Both the position numbers and the translations under genes were made by a program. Positions 50,868 through 60,780 of a stretch of DNA of 64,000 bases are shown in pieces; position 1 is the stretch's first letter, and each line of letters starts with the position of its first letter. The notes beneath the pieces are model-generated. The model did no database searches. It was given only the letters and a program-made list of their open reading frames with translations, and had not been told where the DNA came from. Source of the DNA: Promethearchaeota archaeon (GTDB lineage: Archaea; Asgardarchaeota; Lokiarchaeia; Sigyniarchaeales; SOKP01); NCBI GenBank assembly GCA_016840165.1, contig JAEOSU010000072.1:96001-160000 (forward strand). The letters run 5' to 3'.

Positions 50868-51563
50868 ATGAATAAAAATGATTATCAATTCATAGGGTAT
50901 TTTCTATTATTCTCTGCCCTAATAGGTCTTGTAGTTTTGCCAGTAACAAATGTTACTGCGGCATCACCTGTACGTAATTATGCAGGATATTATTATTATA
51001 ATGATTCTCAAATGGCTCCTGATGGCGTTCAAGCAAAGATCAGAACAGTAAACACCGGATTTCCCCCATTCTTTGAAACTATCTCAGAGTGGGACTCAAT
51101 AGTAATAAGTTATAATCTTCATTATTGGGTTCAGATAGGGTACACAATACACTGGAAATTGCTCTTTTTTATTCCATATGTGTCCGTCGATTTTTACAAG
51201 GAGAAGCAGGACTCCAGTGGTCATGAGTTTGTGTGTATAGGAACGCCAACATTTAACACCGTATACAAATATGAATTGTTACTTACAGGAGTAGGGGAAT
51301 TTAGTTATCATATATATCAAGGTTATACTACGATACTTAGTGGAAAACTTTATGTAAATCAGTATACTACAAGAGATCTGCAAGCTTTTATTGAAACTAG
51401 CCATACAGGAATTAACATCGATGGAAGTCATTTTCCATGTCTTCGGTATCACGATTCTGGAACATCTTGGCGACTCTGGAACCGTCATGTACCAAGAGAT
51501 GATCCTCCCTATTCTCTAAATGAAATTTACGATTTTGAATTTACAGCCAGTGGAGGTGGTTAA
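50868..51563 (+). CDS. Secreted protein, putative glutamic peptidase (G1 eqolisin/neprosin-like fold)
   Basis: Signal peptide ending VTAA; NYAGY, GVQAKI, SEW, WVQIGY, QAFIE, C-terminal FTASGGG; GGGAG SD. Confidence 0.55.
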   Translation: MNKNDYQFIGYFLLFSALIGLVVLPVTNVTAASPVRNYAGYYYYNDSQMAPDGVQAKIRTVNTGFPPFFETISEWDSIVISYNLHYWVQIGYTIHWKLLFFIPYVSVDFYKEKQDSSGHEFVCIGTPTFNTVYKYELLLTGVGEFSYHIYQGYTTILSGKLYVNQYTTRDLQAFIETSHTGINIDGSHFPCLRYHDSGTSWRLWNRHVPRDDPPYSLNEIYDFEFTASGGG

Positions 51564-51566
51564 TAA

Positions 51567-52142
51567 TTGATTAGTAAAAGAAAAAATATATTAATAGGTT
51601 TATTTTTAACTTTTACATTATTTATAATCGTCTCGGTTTCGACCTCAATAAAACCATTAATAACTTCAGAGCCACCAGATTTTTATAGTACTTCTAAGGA
51701 AGTCTCATTGGAGGAAATGATGAATGTTGCAAGTAATTATGATATTTCAATTTATTTACCAACTTTTTTACCAAATGATCTTAAGTTGACCGCGATTTAT
51801 CTTAAAGAAAGTCCTTTTATTGCTATTTTAGTTTATAGTTCTGTGGGAAACAAAGATTATAAAAGTGCTGAATTAACGCTTGAAATAGCCCCAGTAGATC
51901 CAAAATGGATTCCTACATTTACTGAACTCCAATCTGAAGCAGAAAAATCTCAAGATAAAACCGCTCTTCAAATTAATAGTTGGTCTGTGCTAATTCAAGA
52001 AAATGCTTATGCATATGGAAAGTATACCATGCTCATCAATATATGGATCGAGGAGGTGAATTATTTATACAACGCTCCAACCCTAACCGTTCAAGATGCT
52101 ATTGGGATGCTTGAAAGTACACAGGTAGTAAGTGTAGCTTAA
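51567..52142 (+). CDS. Membrane-anchored exported protein, DUF4367-like
   Basis: N-terminal TM, SLEE...ISIYLPTFLP, C-terminal W...Y...LTVQDAIGMLES; 3 nt after the previous gene. Confidence 0.55.
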   Translation: MISKRKNILIGLFLTFTLFIIVSVSTSIKPLITSEPPDFYSTSKEVSLEEMMNVASNYDISIYLPTFLPNDLKLTAIYLKESPFIAILVYSSVGNKDYKSAELTLEIAPVDPKWIPTFTELQSEAEKSQDKTALQINSWSVLIQENAYAYGKYTMLINIWIEEVNYLYNAPTLTVQDAIGMLESTQVVSVA

Positions 52143-52256
52143 TTGACTGTTCTACTTATGTATCTTCTCTATGATTTATTATTATTTTTTATTAAATGTA
52201 AATTAAAGTTAATTATGGATGTAGATAATTTTGATTTCGGTAAATATATAGAATTT
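52143..52256 (+). repeat. 114-bp direct repeat, copy 2 (functional 5' region of enoyl-CoA hydratase)
   Basis: Matches 49940-50053; contains ATG 52215 MDVDNFDFGKYIEF. Confidence 0.93.
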
Positions 52257-53012
52257 GCAATAAAAAAAAGATTTGGCGTTATAACCTTAAATAGAGTTCA
52301 TCGATCAAATGCTTTTTCGATTGAGCAACTAGAAAATCTAAGAGACGCCATTTTGTACTGTCAGAATAGTGAAAATGTTAGAGGAATTATTTTAACGAAT
52401 AATGGTTCTTCTTTTAGCACAGGAATAGATTTAGGAGAGATTGATGGGAGTAATCATTCAGCAGTTAAATATCTTGAAAGTACTGCTGCCAGTATTTGCA
52501 AGCTACTCTATAATGGAAAACCAGCAATATGTGGGGTTGATGGTCGAACTTTTGGGGAAGGAGTTGTGTTTATGACATGTTGCGACTACAGAATCGCGAC
52601 CAAAGAAAGTTATTTTCAAATGCCAGAGATTTATTCTGGAATATTTCCTGGTACTGGCTGTATTATTCTATTTTCAAAGATTTTAGGTATTCCTTGGACC
52701 AAGAAATTATTGATGTTCAGTGAAAGAGTCTCTTCTGAAAAAGCACTTGAAATCGGTTTAATCGATCAAATTGTAAGTTCAAAAGAAGACTTAATTGATG
52801 AAATGATGAAAAAAGCAACTTTTCTTTTTACAAAGCAACAAACTGTTTTAAATGCAATTAAACTCTGTAGTAATCATTTACTAGATAAAACATTTAAAGA
52901 GGGATACGAATTGGAAAAACTCGGGTCTGCATGGTTTGAATATAAAGATCATCAAGAATTTCTCCAGAAATTCAAACAAAACTTTGATTGGAATACGACA
53001 TACTCGGAATAA
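52215..53012 (+). CDS. Enoyl-CoA hydratase/isomerase family protein
   Basis: TLNR..RSNAF, FSTGIDL, KPAICGVDG, CDYRIA, FQMPE; the ORF-track N-terminal extension from 52143 is non-coding repeat. Confidence 0.88.
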   Translation: MDVDNFDFGKYIEFAIKKRFGVITLNRVHRSNAFSIEQLENLRDAILYCQNSENVRGIILTNNGSSFSTGIDLGEIDGSNHSAVKYLESTAASICKLLYNGKPAICGVDGRTFGEGVVFMTCCDYRIATKESYFQMPEIYSGIFPGTGCIILFSKILGIPWTKKLLMFSERVSSEKALEIGLIDQIVSSKEDLIDEMMKKATFLFTKQQTVLNAIKLCSNHLLDKTFKEGYELEKLGSAWFEYKDHQEFLQKFKQNFDWNTTYSE

Positions 53013-53179
53013 GACATAATATAAAAAATAACAAAATGTTTAAATCGTTCTTTAAGTTAATAATGCTTAGCTAATAGGTTACATTTAGCCACAGATTTAG
53101 CAATTCTTAGAAGAGAAAAAAGCTGAAAACAAACAAAAGAAAAAGAATATACAAACCAATGAAATTAAGGTGATAATAG

Positions 53180-53461
53180 TTGGGAAAAGAAGATGACTCA
53201 AAAGTGTTTATTGGTAGGAAGAAATCAATGAGCTATGTAATGGCGTCCATGGTTGTTTTAAATGAAAAGCCCGTTAGACTACTTGCTCGTGGCAGAACTA
53301 TTTCTAGAGCTGTAGATGTTGCTGAAATTCTGATTAACAAATTCGTGAAAGGAAGCAGCTATGGTGAAATTCTAATTAGTACAGAAACCATTACCAATAA
53401 AGACGGTACAGATTCAAATGTCTCATCCATCGAAATTGAGATTAAACCCCCTGAAAAATAA
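53180..53461 (+). CDS. albA: DNA/RNA-binding protein Alba
   Basis: VFIGRK.SMSYV, ARGRTISRAVDVAE, NVSSIEI; AGGTGAT SD plus TTG. Confidence 0.95.
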   Translation: MGKEDDSKVFIGRKKSMSYVMASMVVLNEKPVRLLARGRTISRAVDVAEILINKFVKGSSYGEILISTETITNKDGTDSNVSSIEIEIKPPEK

Positions 53462-53494
53462 CTTAGGAAAAAACCCTAAATACTCAGGAGAAAT

Positions 53495-53803
53495 TCAGGA
53501 GATTATCTCGCTTTTTTTTATTTTATCTAACTTTTTTTGGAAAGATTCGATATCTGCGGAAGTAGCTTTACCACTTTCAAGATGCATCATAAGTTCCATA
53601 AAGGGCTGTACTAACTCATGTTCAAAAACGATACAAGTTTGATTCAAAGTGTTAACATCTAAAATTAACGCCGATCGTAATGTATCCCCCGCTCCTAGGA
53701 CATCACGGAATAGTAATTGATTATCATCAGTATAGGAGAGGACAACAATATCTTCTAATATCTGTGAACCATCTTTTTTTTTGATAATCTTAAATTCACA
53801 CAT
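53495..53803 (-). CDS. cooT: CooT family nickel-binding protein with C-terminal extension
   Basis: N-terminal MCEF, ILEDI, FRDVLG; divergent from cdhB/cdhC. Confidence 0.78.
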   Translation of the reverse strand: MCEFKIIKKKDGSQILEDIVVLSYTDDNQLLFRDVLGAGDTLRSALILDVNTLNQTCIVFEHELVQPFMELMMHLESGKATSADIESFQKKLDKIKKSEIIS

Positions 53804-53902
53804 GGTATTAAGAAATTTTTTAAAATACGCTTAATAAAATAAAGTATAGCAAATATTTTAAAACTTATATCTTAAAACGAAAACAAAGGAATTTGATGAA
53901 GA

Positions 53903-54439
53903 ATGGCAAGACCTTATCAAAAAGCAAATATCCCTGGACCCGAAATGGGAACTAGCGTTTATGAACCAAAAGTTATGGCGACTTTATTGAAATCCCCAAA
54001 ACGAAAAGTCTTTATCATCGGTTCCGAATCACTTGATAAAAACTTTCATATTGATGGAAAACCCGTAGCTGACTATTTTGTCGAAATTGCTAAAAAACTA
54101 CAATGTCACGTTGTCGCAACCGGTCATATTTACAAGTTCTTGGTTGATAAAGTCGATGCAGATAAACTATGGGATATGTCTTTAATCAACATTACGGGAA
54201 GATTAGTTGATAAAGATTGGAAAGGTTTAGATGGAAAAGGACAATATAATATGGCCATTTTTGGTGGGCATCAAGTGTTCTATGTTTCACAAACCCTCAG
54301 CCGTATTAAAAATTTTTCGAATTGGGTTAAGACTATAGAACTCGACAAGTATTCACATCCAAATGCTCGTTTTAGCCTGCCAAATCTAAGCAACGACGAT
54401 TGGAAACAATTTTTAGAAGAACTAATAAAATTATTATAA
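53903..54439 (+). CDS. cdhB: CO dehydrogenase/acetyl-CoA synthase epsilon subunit
   Basis: ANIPGP, DKDWKGLDGKGQYN, YVSQTLSRIKNF, DKYSHPNARFSLPN. Confidence 0.9.
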   Translation: MARPYQKANIPGPEMGTSVYEPKVMATLLKSPKRKVFIIGSESLDKNFHIDGKPVADYFVEIAKKLQCHVVATGHIYKFLVDKVDADKLWDMSLINITGRLVDKDWKGLDGKGQYNMAIFGGHQVFYVSQTLSRIKNFSNWVKTIELDKYSHPNARFSLPNLSNDDWKQFLEELIKLL

Positions 54440-54480
54440 GAATTAATTTAAATAATCAAAAATAAGAGGAAAAATGAAAT

Positions 54481-55890
54481 ATGAGTTTTAGCGATATCCC
54501 CGTAGATGTGGGACCTGTATATGAAGGTGAACGTATACGAGCAAAACAAATGTATGTTGAACTTGGTGGTCCTAAAATTGAAAAGCATTTTGAGCTCGTA
54601 AGGGTCAAACAACCCAAAGAAATTAAGGATGGGCAAGTCACAATTTACGGTCCTGATTTAAAAGACATGAAAGAGGGAGAACGATACCCAATAGGCATTT
54701 TAGTCGAGGTCGCTGGAGAAGAACTCGAGGAAGATCTTGAGGCTGTTTTTGAGCGTAGAGTCCATGAATTCTGCAATTTCGTAAATGGAATCATGCATCT
54801 TAATCAACGCTATACTAATTGGATAAGACTATCCAAAGCGGCATACGAAAAAGGTTTTAATACCTTAGATCTACTCGGAAAAGTCTTAATTCGATTATAT
54901 AAAGCGGAATTACCTATTATTAAACAAGCACAAGTCACATTCTACACTGATCCGAAAGATATTGAGAAACCTTATGATATGGCAATGGAAATCTATAATA
55001 AACGAGATGAGCGAGCACGAACGATTCATGATGAAGATGTAGACATGTTCTATGGATGTGTGTTATGCCAATCATTTGCTCCAACACATGCATGTTGTAT
55101 AACCCCAGACAGGACTTCATTATGCGGCTCTATTAACTGGTTTGATGCAAGAGCAGCAGCGAAGGTAGATCCAAAGGGACCAATCTATGAAGTTCCGCCA
55201 AAGGAATGTTTAGATGAATTAGCTGGAGAATATACTGGTGTTAATGAAATGATTAAAAAACGTTCTCTCGGTGAGATTGATAGAATCTTTCTTTATAGTG
55301 GAATGGAATTTCCGCACACTTCATGTGGTTGCTTCGAGGCTATTGATTTTTATATTCCTGAGGTAAATGGACATGGAATTGTTGACCGAAATTACGGTAG
55401 TGTGGCGATCAACGGTCTTCCTTTTAGTGCTATGGCAAATCAGACTGGGGGAGGCAAACAAATGCCCGGATTCAATGGAGTTAGTATCCAATATATCGTT
55501 AGTCCGAAGTATCAACAATATGATGGTGGCATTGAGACTATTGTATGGATGCCAAAAGCCGTAAAAGACCGCGTTGGAGATTTTCTTCCTCAAGATTTGG
55601 TGGGAAAGATAGCGACCGAAGAAGAGGTTCAGGACCTTGCTCAATTAAAAGAATATTTACAGGAAGTAAATCATCCAATCGTAGAAACCTGGGCAGAGAT
55701 GTTAGAAGAAGAGGAGGAAGAAGAAGAATACGAAGCTGAAGGTGCTATGGTTCCTATGGGTACAGTTGGAATGACGATTCCTGGCGCTGGTGGAGTTGGT
55801 GGCTTTAAAATAATCTTAAAGAACTGTAAAGTTCATGCCGAGGCAATAATCATCAAAAAGATTGACTCTAAAGGTAAGCGTAAAAAGTAA
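54481..55890 (+). CDS. cdhC: Acetyl-CoA synthase beta subunit
   Basis: YEGERIR, ERRVH, CVLCQSFAP, CGSINW, HTSCGCFE A-cluster ligands; acidic linker and KIILKN C-terminal domain. Confidence 0.97.
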   Translation: MSFSDIPVDVGPVYEGERIRAKQMYVELGGPKIEKHFELVRVKQPKEIKDGQVTIYGPDLKDMKEGERYPIGILVEVAGEELEEDLEAVFERRVHEFCNFVNGIMHLNQRYTNWIRLSKAAYEKGFNTLDLLGKVLIRLYKAELPIIKQAQVTFYTDPKDIEKPYDMAMEIYNKRDERARTIHDEDVDMFYGCVLCQSFAPTHACCITPDRTSLCGSINWFDARAAAKVDPKGPIYEVPPKECLDELAGEYTGVNEMIKKRSLGEIDRIFLYSGMEFPHTSCGCFEAIDFYIPEVNGHGIVDRNYGSVAINGLPFSAMANQTGGGKQMPGFNGVSIQYIVSPKYQQYDGGIETIVWMPKAVKDRVGDFLPQDLVGKIATEEEVQDLAQLKEYLQEVNHPIVETWAEMLEEEEEEEEYEAEGAMVPMGTVGMTIPGAGGVGGFKIILKNCKVHAEAIIIKKIDSKGKRKK

Positions 55891-55912
55891 TTATTTTCTT
55901 TTTTATTTTTTT
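55891..55912 (+). terminator. Oligo-T tract after cdhC
   Basis: ttattttcttttttattttttt directly after the stop codon. Confidence 0.45.
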
Positions 55913-56048
55913 CCTATTTATAATAAATTTCTTAAGTTTATATCTTAATTTTCACGTATTTTTTTGGGTAATGGGTGTTTTATTCAAATAATTCAAAAAC
56001 CAATATAATTTTGGTAATAATAGGATTATATTATTGGGGAATTATAAT

Positions 56049-57311
56049 ATGTTGATCTTTAAAGAGGATATTGATGAAGCGAAAGGACGTTTAGAGGCAT
56101 GGTGGGATCACGAAATTATTGATCGTCCTGTATTTTCATATTACGCATCAAAAAATAGGGCATCTCTTGGAGCATATCTCGATGCAAGAAGTAATGAATG
56201 GACATTAGCGCAGCAACCTGAAAATATTGAAAATGTACTTGATGGTTTCGAGAAGCGAGCTGAAAGTACATATTTTGGAGGAGAATCAATGCCTAGTTTC
56301 ATGCCTAATTATGGTTCAGGTATATTATCTGCAATATTTGGGGTCGTTCCAAAATTTCAATCCGAAACAGTTTGGTTTAGCCGTCCTACCGAGCCGAAGG
56401 ATATCATCGCTCATTTAGAAAGTATTAAATTGAACCAAAATAATAAATGGTTTGAGAGGTTATTAAGGGTTACGGAATGTGCTGCACAACGATCGAAAGG
56501 AGCTTATCAAATTTCTGTAAGCGATATTGGTGGTGTGTTGGATACGTTATCGTCCTTTTTAGGTCCAAGCAAACTGATTCTTACAATGAAACGTAAGCCA
56601 GAAATAATTGACACGTGTAGAAGAATCATTCTTGAGAAACTTCTATTTTTATACGATAAGTTACAAAATACTATAGAAAAATATTGTGATGGTTGTAATT
56701 CTTGGCTTAACGTTTGGTGTAGAAAACGCTGGTATCCCGTTCAATGTGACTTTATTGCGATGTTAAATCCTAAATGGTTCAAAAGATTTGCATTACCTGA
56801 TATAAAGGCTCAAATTGAGCATATGGATTATGCAATCTATCATATGGATGGTCATTATCAAATCCCTTTCTTAGAAGACTTTTTATCTATATCGGAGTTA
56901 ACAGGTATTCAATGGGTTCCTGGAGCAGGCAAAAAAGTTCAAGGAGCAGAGCCATGGATCGTATTATATAAAAAAATTCAAGCTACTGGGAAGAGTGTAG
57001 TCATCGATACCACCCCTGAAAATGTTCATCATTTGTATGCTAGTTTGGATCCAAAATTGACCTATGTGAGAACATACTACTTTACAAAGACGGTATCAAA
57101 GTATTATGTACCTTCATTTATCGGAGATGGAGAAGAACCTTTAATAAATGATTTAATCAATTGGTGTATGGAAAAGAAACAAACTCAGATTAGTAAAAAT
57201 GAATTAAACGAATTTCTAGATAACAAGCATATAGATCTTGACAATAAGATTAAAAAGGAATTTTTAAAAGAGATTAAATTAGCTTTTGTAGAAAAGCACA
57301 ATTTTACTTAG
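56049..57311 (+). CDS. UroD/methylcobalamin:CoM methyltransferase-like TIM-barrel protein
   Basis: AWWDHEIIDRP, NYGSG, QCDF, IYHMDG, IQWVPGAG. Confidence 0.7.
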   Translation: MLIFKEDIDEAKGRLEAWWDHEIIDRPVFSYYASKNRASLGAYLDARSNEWTLAQQPENIENVLDGFEKRAESTYFGGESMPSFMPNYGSGILSAIFGVVPKFQSETVWFSRPTEPKDIIAHLESIKLNQNNKWFERLLRVTECAAQRSKGAYQISVSDIGGVLDTLSSFLGPSKLILTMKRKPEIIDTCRRIILEKLLFLYDKLQNTIEKYCDGCNSWLNVWCRKRWYPVQCDFIAMLNPKWFKRFALPDIKAQIEHMDYAIYHMDGHYQIPFLEDFLSISELTGIQWVPGAGKKVQGAEPWIVLYKKIQATGKSVVIDTTPENVHHLYASLDPKLTYVRTYYFTKTVSKYYVPSFIGDGEEPLINDLINWCMEKKQTQISKNELNEFLDNKHIDLDNKIKKEFLKEIKLAFVEKHNFT

Positions 57312-57416
57312 ATTTCCTTAAAGAGAATTTGATATTTCAGTAGTCTTACAGGCTTTTTTCATTTAAATATAAAATAATATGAATTAATTTAAGATCAGTA
57401 TTTGGTCATATAAAAT

Positions 57417-58598
57417 ATGAACCACTCATATAATCCTAGATCTCTGCCATTAAATGAATTACCTCTAGAAAAGAAAACAGATCAAACTATTAGATTTATT
57501 CACACGAGTGATATTCATTTAGGGAGCCATCAATATGAGAAATCTCTTCGTTCCGACGATTTTATTTTTGCCTTAAAGGAAGTATTACAAATCTCCCAAA
57601 ATATTTCAGCCGATTTCATATTATTGGGAGGAGATATCTTTAATTCACTAGATATACTCCCCGGTAAAATGAAAGTTATCATTGAAATTTTAAAAGAATT
57701 CCAAAAAGCAACAAAGGGAAAAGTACCAATTATTACAATTGAAGGAAATCATGATATCAGACGTTTTTCACGGGGAGTTAAATTCAGACATCGCGATCAA
57801 TCATGGTTGAAAGTTTGTGCTAAATTAGGATTACTTATTCTTTTAGATGCGGATTTTCAAGCGCCTTCTGAGCATGTTTTCCAACCATATGATTTCGAAC
57901 AGGTAAAGGGAGGAAAAATACAAATCAAAAATGTTGTGATCTATGGTTCACGATATCTTGGAGAAAAGCCAATATCCGCATTATCAATTATAAGAAAAGG
58001 GATCAAGAAAGAGGGGGGGATATATAATATTCTACTCCAACATTTTGGAGTGGAGGGGCAAATGAAAAATGTTCCGGGTGTTCCTTTAGAAATATTGAAA
58101 CCATTGCATCATCGAGTAGATTATCTCGCTCTAGGGCATTTTCATAAACAATTTATTTTGGATAATTGGATCTATAATCCAGGCTCGGCTGAGGCTGTAA
58201 GTTCAATGGATTTCAAATATAATCGTGGCATATTTTTTGTCGAAATTAGCGGTCTTGAAACATTTGAGAAGAAAGTACAAATTTTAAAATTGAATAATAG
58301 GAGATATTTAAAGAAATTCATATGCAATCCATTTCAATTTAAAAAGAAGGAGAATTTTTATAGATACATAATTAAAAGGTTAAAAATGGCACCTGAATTT
58401 GTAAGAATAACAAAGATCACATCTTGTTTGAAATCTCCATTTCTATTTCTTACTATTCGAGGAGTGAAGCCTTTTTTGTACTATGATATTAAACATAGAG
58501 AGTTTGAAAAATTCCTTGTCCAAAATTTACCAATTGTCGGGGCAAAAGTATATCAAAATTATGATTCGAAGATAATTACATTAGAGAATTATCTCTAA
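57417..58598 (+). CDS. Mre11/SbcD-like metallophosphoesterase nuclease
   Basis: SDIHLG, GGDIF, GNHD, YLALGHFH, YNPGSAE. Confidence 0.85.
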   Translation: MNHSYNPRSLPLNELPLEKKTDQTIRFIHTSDIHLGSHQYEKSLRSDDFIFALKEVLQISQNISADFILLGGDIFNSLDILPGKMKVIIEILKEFQKATKGKVPIITIEGNHDIRRFSRGVKFRHRDQSWLKVCAKLGLLILLDADFQAPSEHVFQPYDFEQVKGGKIQIKNVVIYGSRYLGEKPISALSIIRKGIKKEGGIYNILLQHFGVEGQMKNVPGVPLEILKPLHHRVDYLALGHFHKQFILDNWIYNPGSAEAVSSMDFKYNRGIFFVEISGLETFEKKVQILKLNNRRYLKKFICNPFQFKKKENFYRYIIKRLKMAPEFVRITKITSCLKSPFLFLTIRGVKPFLYYDIKHREFEKFLVQNLPIVGAKVYQNYDSKIITLENYL

Positions 58599-58682
58599 TA
58601 ACTGAATATTTTAATATTGAGAAGAAAAGCATTTTCTAAGAACAATTCAAATTTTATAAACAAGTTGATTTGAAATTATATT

Positions 58683-60296
58683 ATGGCTCAAGAATTAAGT
58701 TGGAAAAAAAAGAAAGTTTTTTTCATTTTAACAATCATAACGATTCTATGGGTAGCGATTTTGTTAATATTAGGCATTATAAATCAAAGAACTATTGTCT
58801 TTTATGACACTCTCGCTTTACACGATGTGTCTTCTGAATATATAAGCGAACTTCCATTTCTAAGATACTTAATAGAACCTCTTGTTGCAACTACATTTAT
58901 ATTGGAATGGGAATTCACATGGCTAATATCCTTTTTAATATTTTATCCTATAATAAGAGGAATTTATAAGTATTTAAGGTACCGTGGAAAGTTTAAATCA
59001 ACAAAGTTCTTGTATGTATGTAAAATTTTTTCAGAAATCTTAGAATTTTCTTTTAAGATATTTTCCGTTGTAATTTTATTGATCCTTGGATTTATCATTG
59101 TCGGATACATTTTTCAAGGATTTTTCTTTGTAAACCGCTATTTCATGGTTCCTGTACAGATTGGAGTGCATTTGGCATATGCTGTGATAGCACTAAAAGT
59201 TATATATATTCTTATTTGCTTATTTCATCCCAAATTGAGATGGAAGCTAAAAAGTAAGCGAAATCCCAAAAAGAGGACCAAACACGAGAAAGTATTAAAA
59301 TATAGAGTTGGATTAAAAAAAGAGATCGTTTACATAGTTGCGTGCGTATATTTGCTACTCGGGATGAATATTATATTAATTTCTTTTAAATTCCCAAATC
59401 AAAGAATAAAACCGATAGTTCCACTTGCAGATGATGAGTTTTTATTTGATTTTCATGTTCATACTATTATGTCAGATGGTTGGTTAACGCCGGAGGAGAG
59501 AGTACTCTGGTATATGGAACAGGGGATTTCTGGCGCTGTATTTTCTGACCATGATAATTTACGAGGAGTATTAATCGCCCAAGAATTTGTAGAGCGGAAT
59601 AACCTAGATTTTATCGTTTTTATTGGGGAAGAATGGACAGATCATGAAAATGACATTCATATGAATTACTTTGGTTTAGAGGAGGAGATTGTACCCCTTG
59701 AATCATATACAATAGACGGACCTAAAGCAATGAATGCTTCAGATTTAATTTCTTATGTAAAATCAAATGGGGGGTACATTACAGTAAATCATTATAATTA
59801 TGAACCTAATGATGGCGGATATGGGGTACCCTATACGCTTACTCAACTGTATAATTGGGGGGTAGATGGTTTTGAAATAGTGAATGGAGGTTCTTATTAT
59901 GGAAAATACGAGCAGATTCGTCAATTTTGCCTTGCAAACAATTTAATATGTATTGGTGGTTCTGATATTCATATTAATGAAGATTTAAACACTTTTATTA
60001 AAATAAAACTAGCAGATCCAACAAATTTGACTATTACTAATATTTTTGAAACGATGAAAGCTAATACCCATGAAGTAATCGCTATACAATTTTATCCAAG
60101 AATAGTTGATTTTCCAGGAGAATTGGACGATTTAGGTTTCTATTTTCTAGAAGGATTGATTAATTATTTTCTAAATATAGATATATTCCAAGCTTTATCT
60201 TGGATCGGATGGTCAGTACTTTTTTATTTGATAATAATTTTAGGATATAGAAAAATTAAAAGTATCGCCCCAGAAAAATTAAAATCAAAATTTTAA
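58683..60296 (+). CDS. Membrane-bound PHP-domain phosphoesterase
   Basis: About five N-terminal TMs, DFHVHT..SDG, SDHDN, GEEWT, VNH, GGSDIH, C-terminal TM. Confidence 0.82.
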   Translation: MAQELSWKKKKVFFILTIITILWVAILLILGIINQRTIVFYDTLALHDVSSEYISELPFLRYLIEPLVATTFILEWEFTWLISFLIFYPIIRGIYKYLRYRGKFKSTKFLYVCKIFSEILEFSFKIFSVVILLILGFIIVGYIFQGFFFVNRYFMVPVQIGVHLAYAVIALKVIYILICLFHPKLRWKLKSKRNPKKRTKHEKVLKYRVGLKKEIVYIVACVYLLLGMNIILISFKFPNQRIKPIVPLADDEFLFDFHVHTIMSDGWLTPEERVLWYMEQGISGAVFSDHDNLRGVLIAQEFVERNNLDFIVFIGEEWTDHENDIHMNYFGLEEEIVPLESYTIDGPKAMNASDLISYVKSNGGYITVNHYNYEPNDGGYGVPYTLTQLYNWGVDGFEIVNGGSYYGKYEQIRQFCLANNLICIGGSDIHINEDLNTFIKIKLADPTNLTITNIFETMKANTHEVIAIQFYPRIVDFPGELDDLGFYFLEGLINYFLNIDIFQALSWIGWSVLFYLIIILGYRKIKSIAPEKLKSKF

Positions 60297-60321
60297 TATT
60301 TATTTCTTTAATAACAAGTTT

Positions 60322-60780
60322 TTAGATGTAATACCCAGATTTGTCCTCATCATATGGGTCATAATCATCATCACCATCGGTATCATCATCTTCCCCCCTA
60401 AATTTTTTCGAGAAATATTTGATGAGTTCTTCTAAATCAACGTCAGGGTCAATATCTTTTAAATCGTTAAGATTAATCGGGATTATCCCTCCCTTCTTTA
60501 AAGTACCAAATCGATTTTTAAATTCTCGTTCCATTTTCTCTTGTTTTCTTGCATGCATAGTAAGTTCTTTTCGCATTAAATCAATTAGCTCATTTGCAAC
60601 TAACTCATCTAATTCATTGGGTTTTAGAGTTAGAAGCACATTATCCCCGTAGGTTTTCGATAACCTTTTAATAGCTTTATCTTTTTTGTATTCAGGAATT
60701 TGAGTTATAGAATCAAGACCTAAGATGCTGATAATATTCAACCAATCAAGCTGATAGGACCAGTTTTTCTTTTCAGACAT
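60322..60780 (-). CDS. Hypothetical protein with acidic C-terminus
   Basis: Long ORF in expected gene position; ends DDDYDPYDEDKSGYYI. Confidence 0.65.
   Translation of the reverse strand: MSEKKNWSYQLDWLNIISILGLDSITQIPEYKKDKAIKRLSKTYGDNVLLTLKPNELDELVANELIDLMRKELTMHARKQEKMEREFKNRFGTLKKGGIIPINLNDLKDIDPDVDLEELIKYFSKKFRGEDDDTDGDDDYDPYDEDKSGYYI

Larger units (their letters stand above)
50054..52142. mobile_element. 2.1 kb inserted cassette between 114-bp direct repeats (no recombinase encoded)
   Basis: Bounded by the duplicated 5' region of the downstream gene; last cargo stop codon (52142) abuts repeat copy 2. Confidence 0.6.

Noticed and set aside
52143-52214. Hydrophobic N-terminal extension of the hydratase in the ORF track
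   Set aside because: It is the AT-rich duplicated upstream region; the real start is ATG 52215
55703-55727. GAA/GAG repeat in cdhC
   Set aside because: Encodes the ordinary acidic linker of archaeal ACS beta subunits
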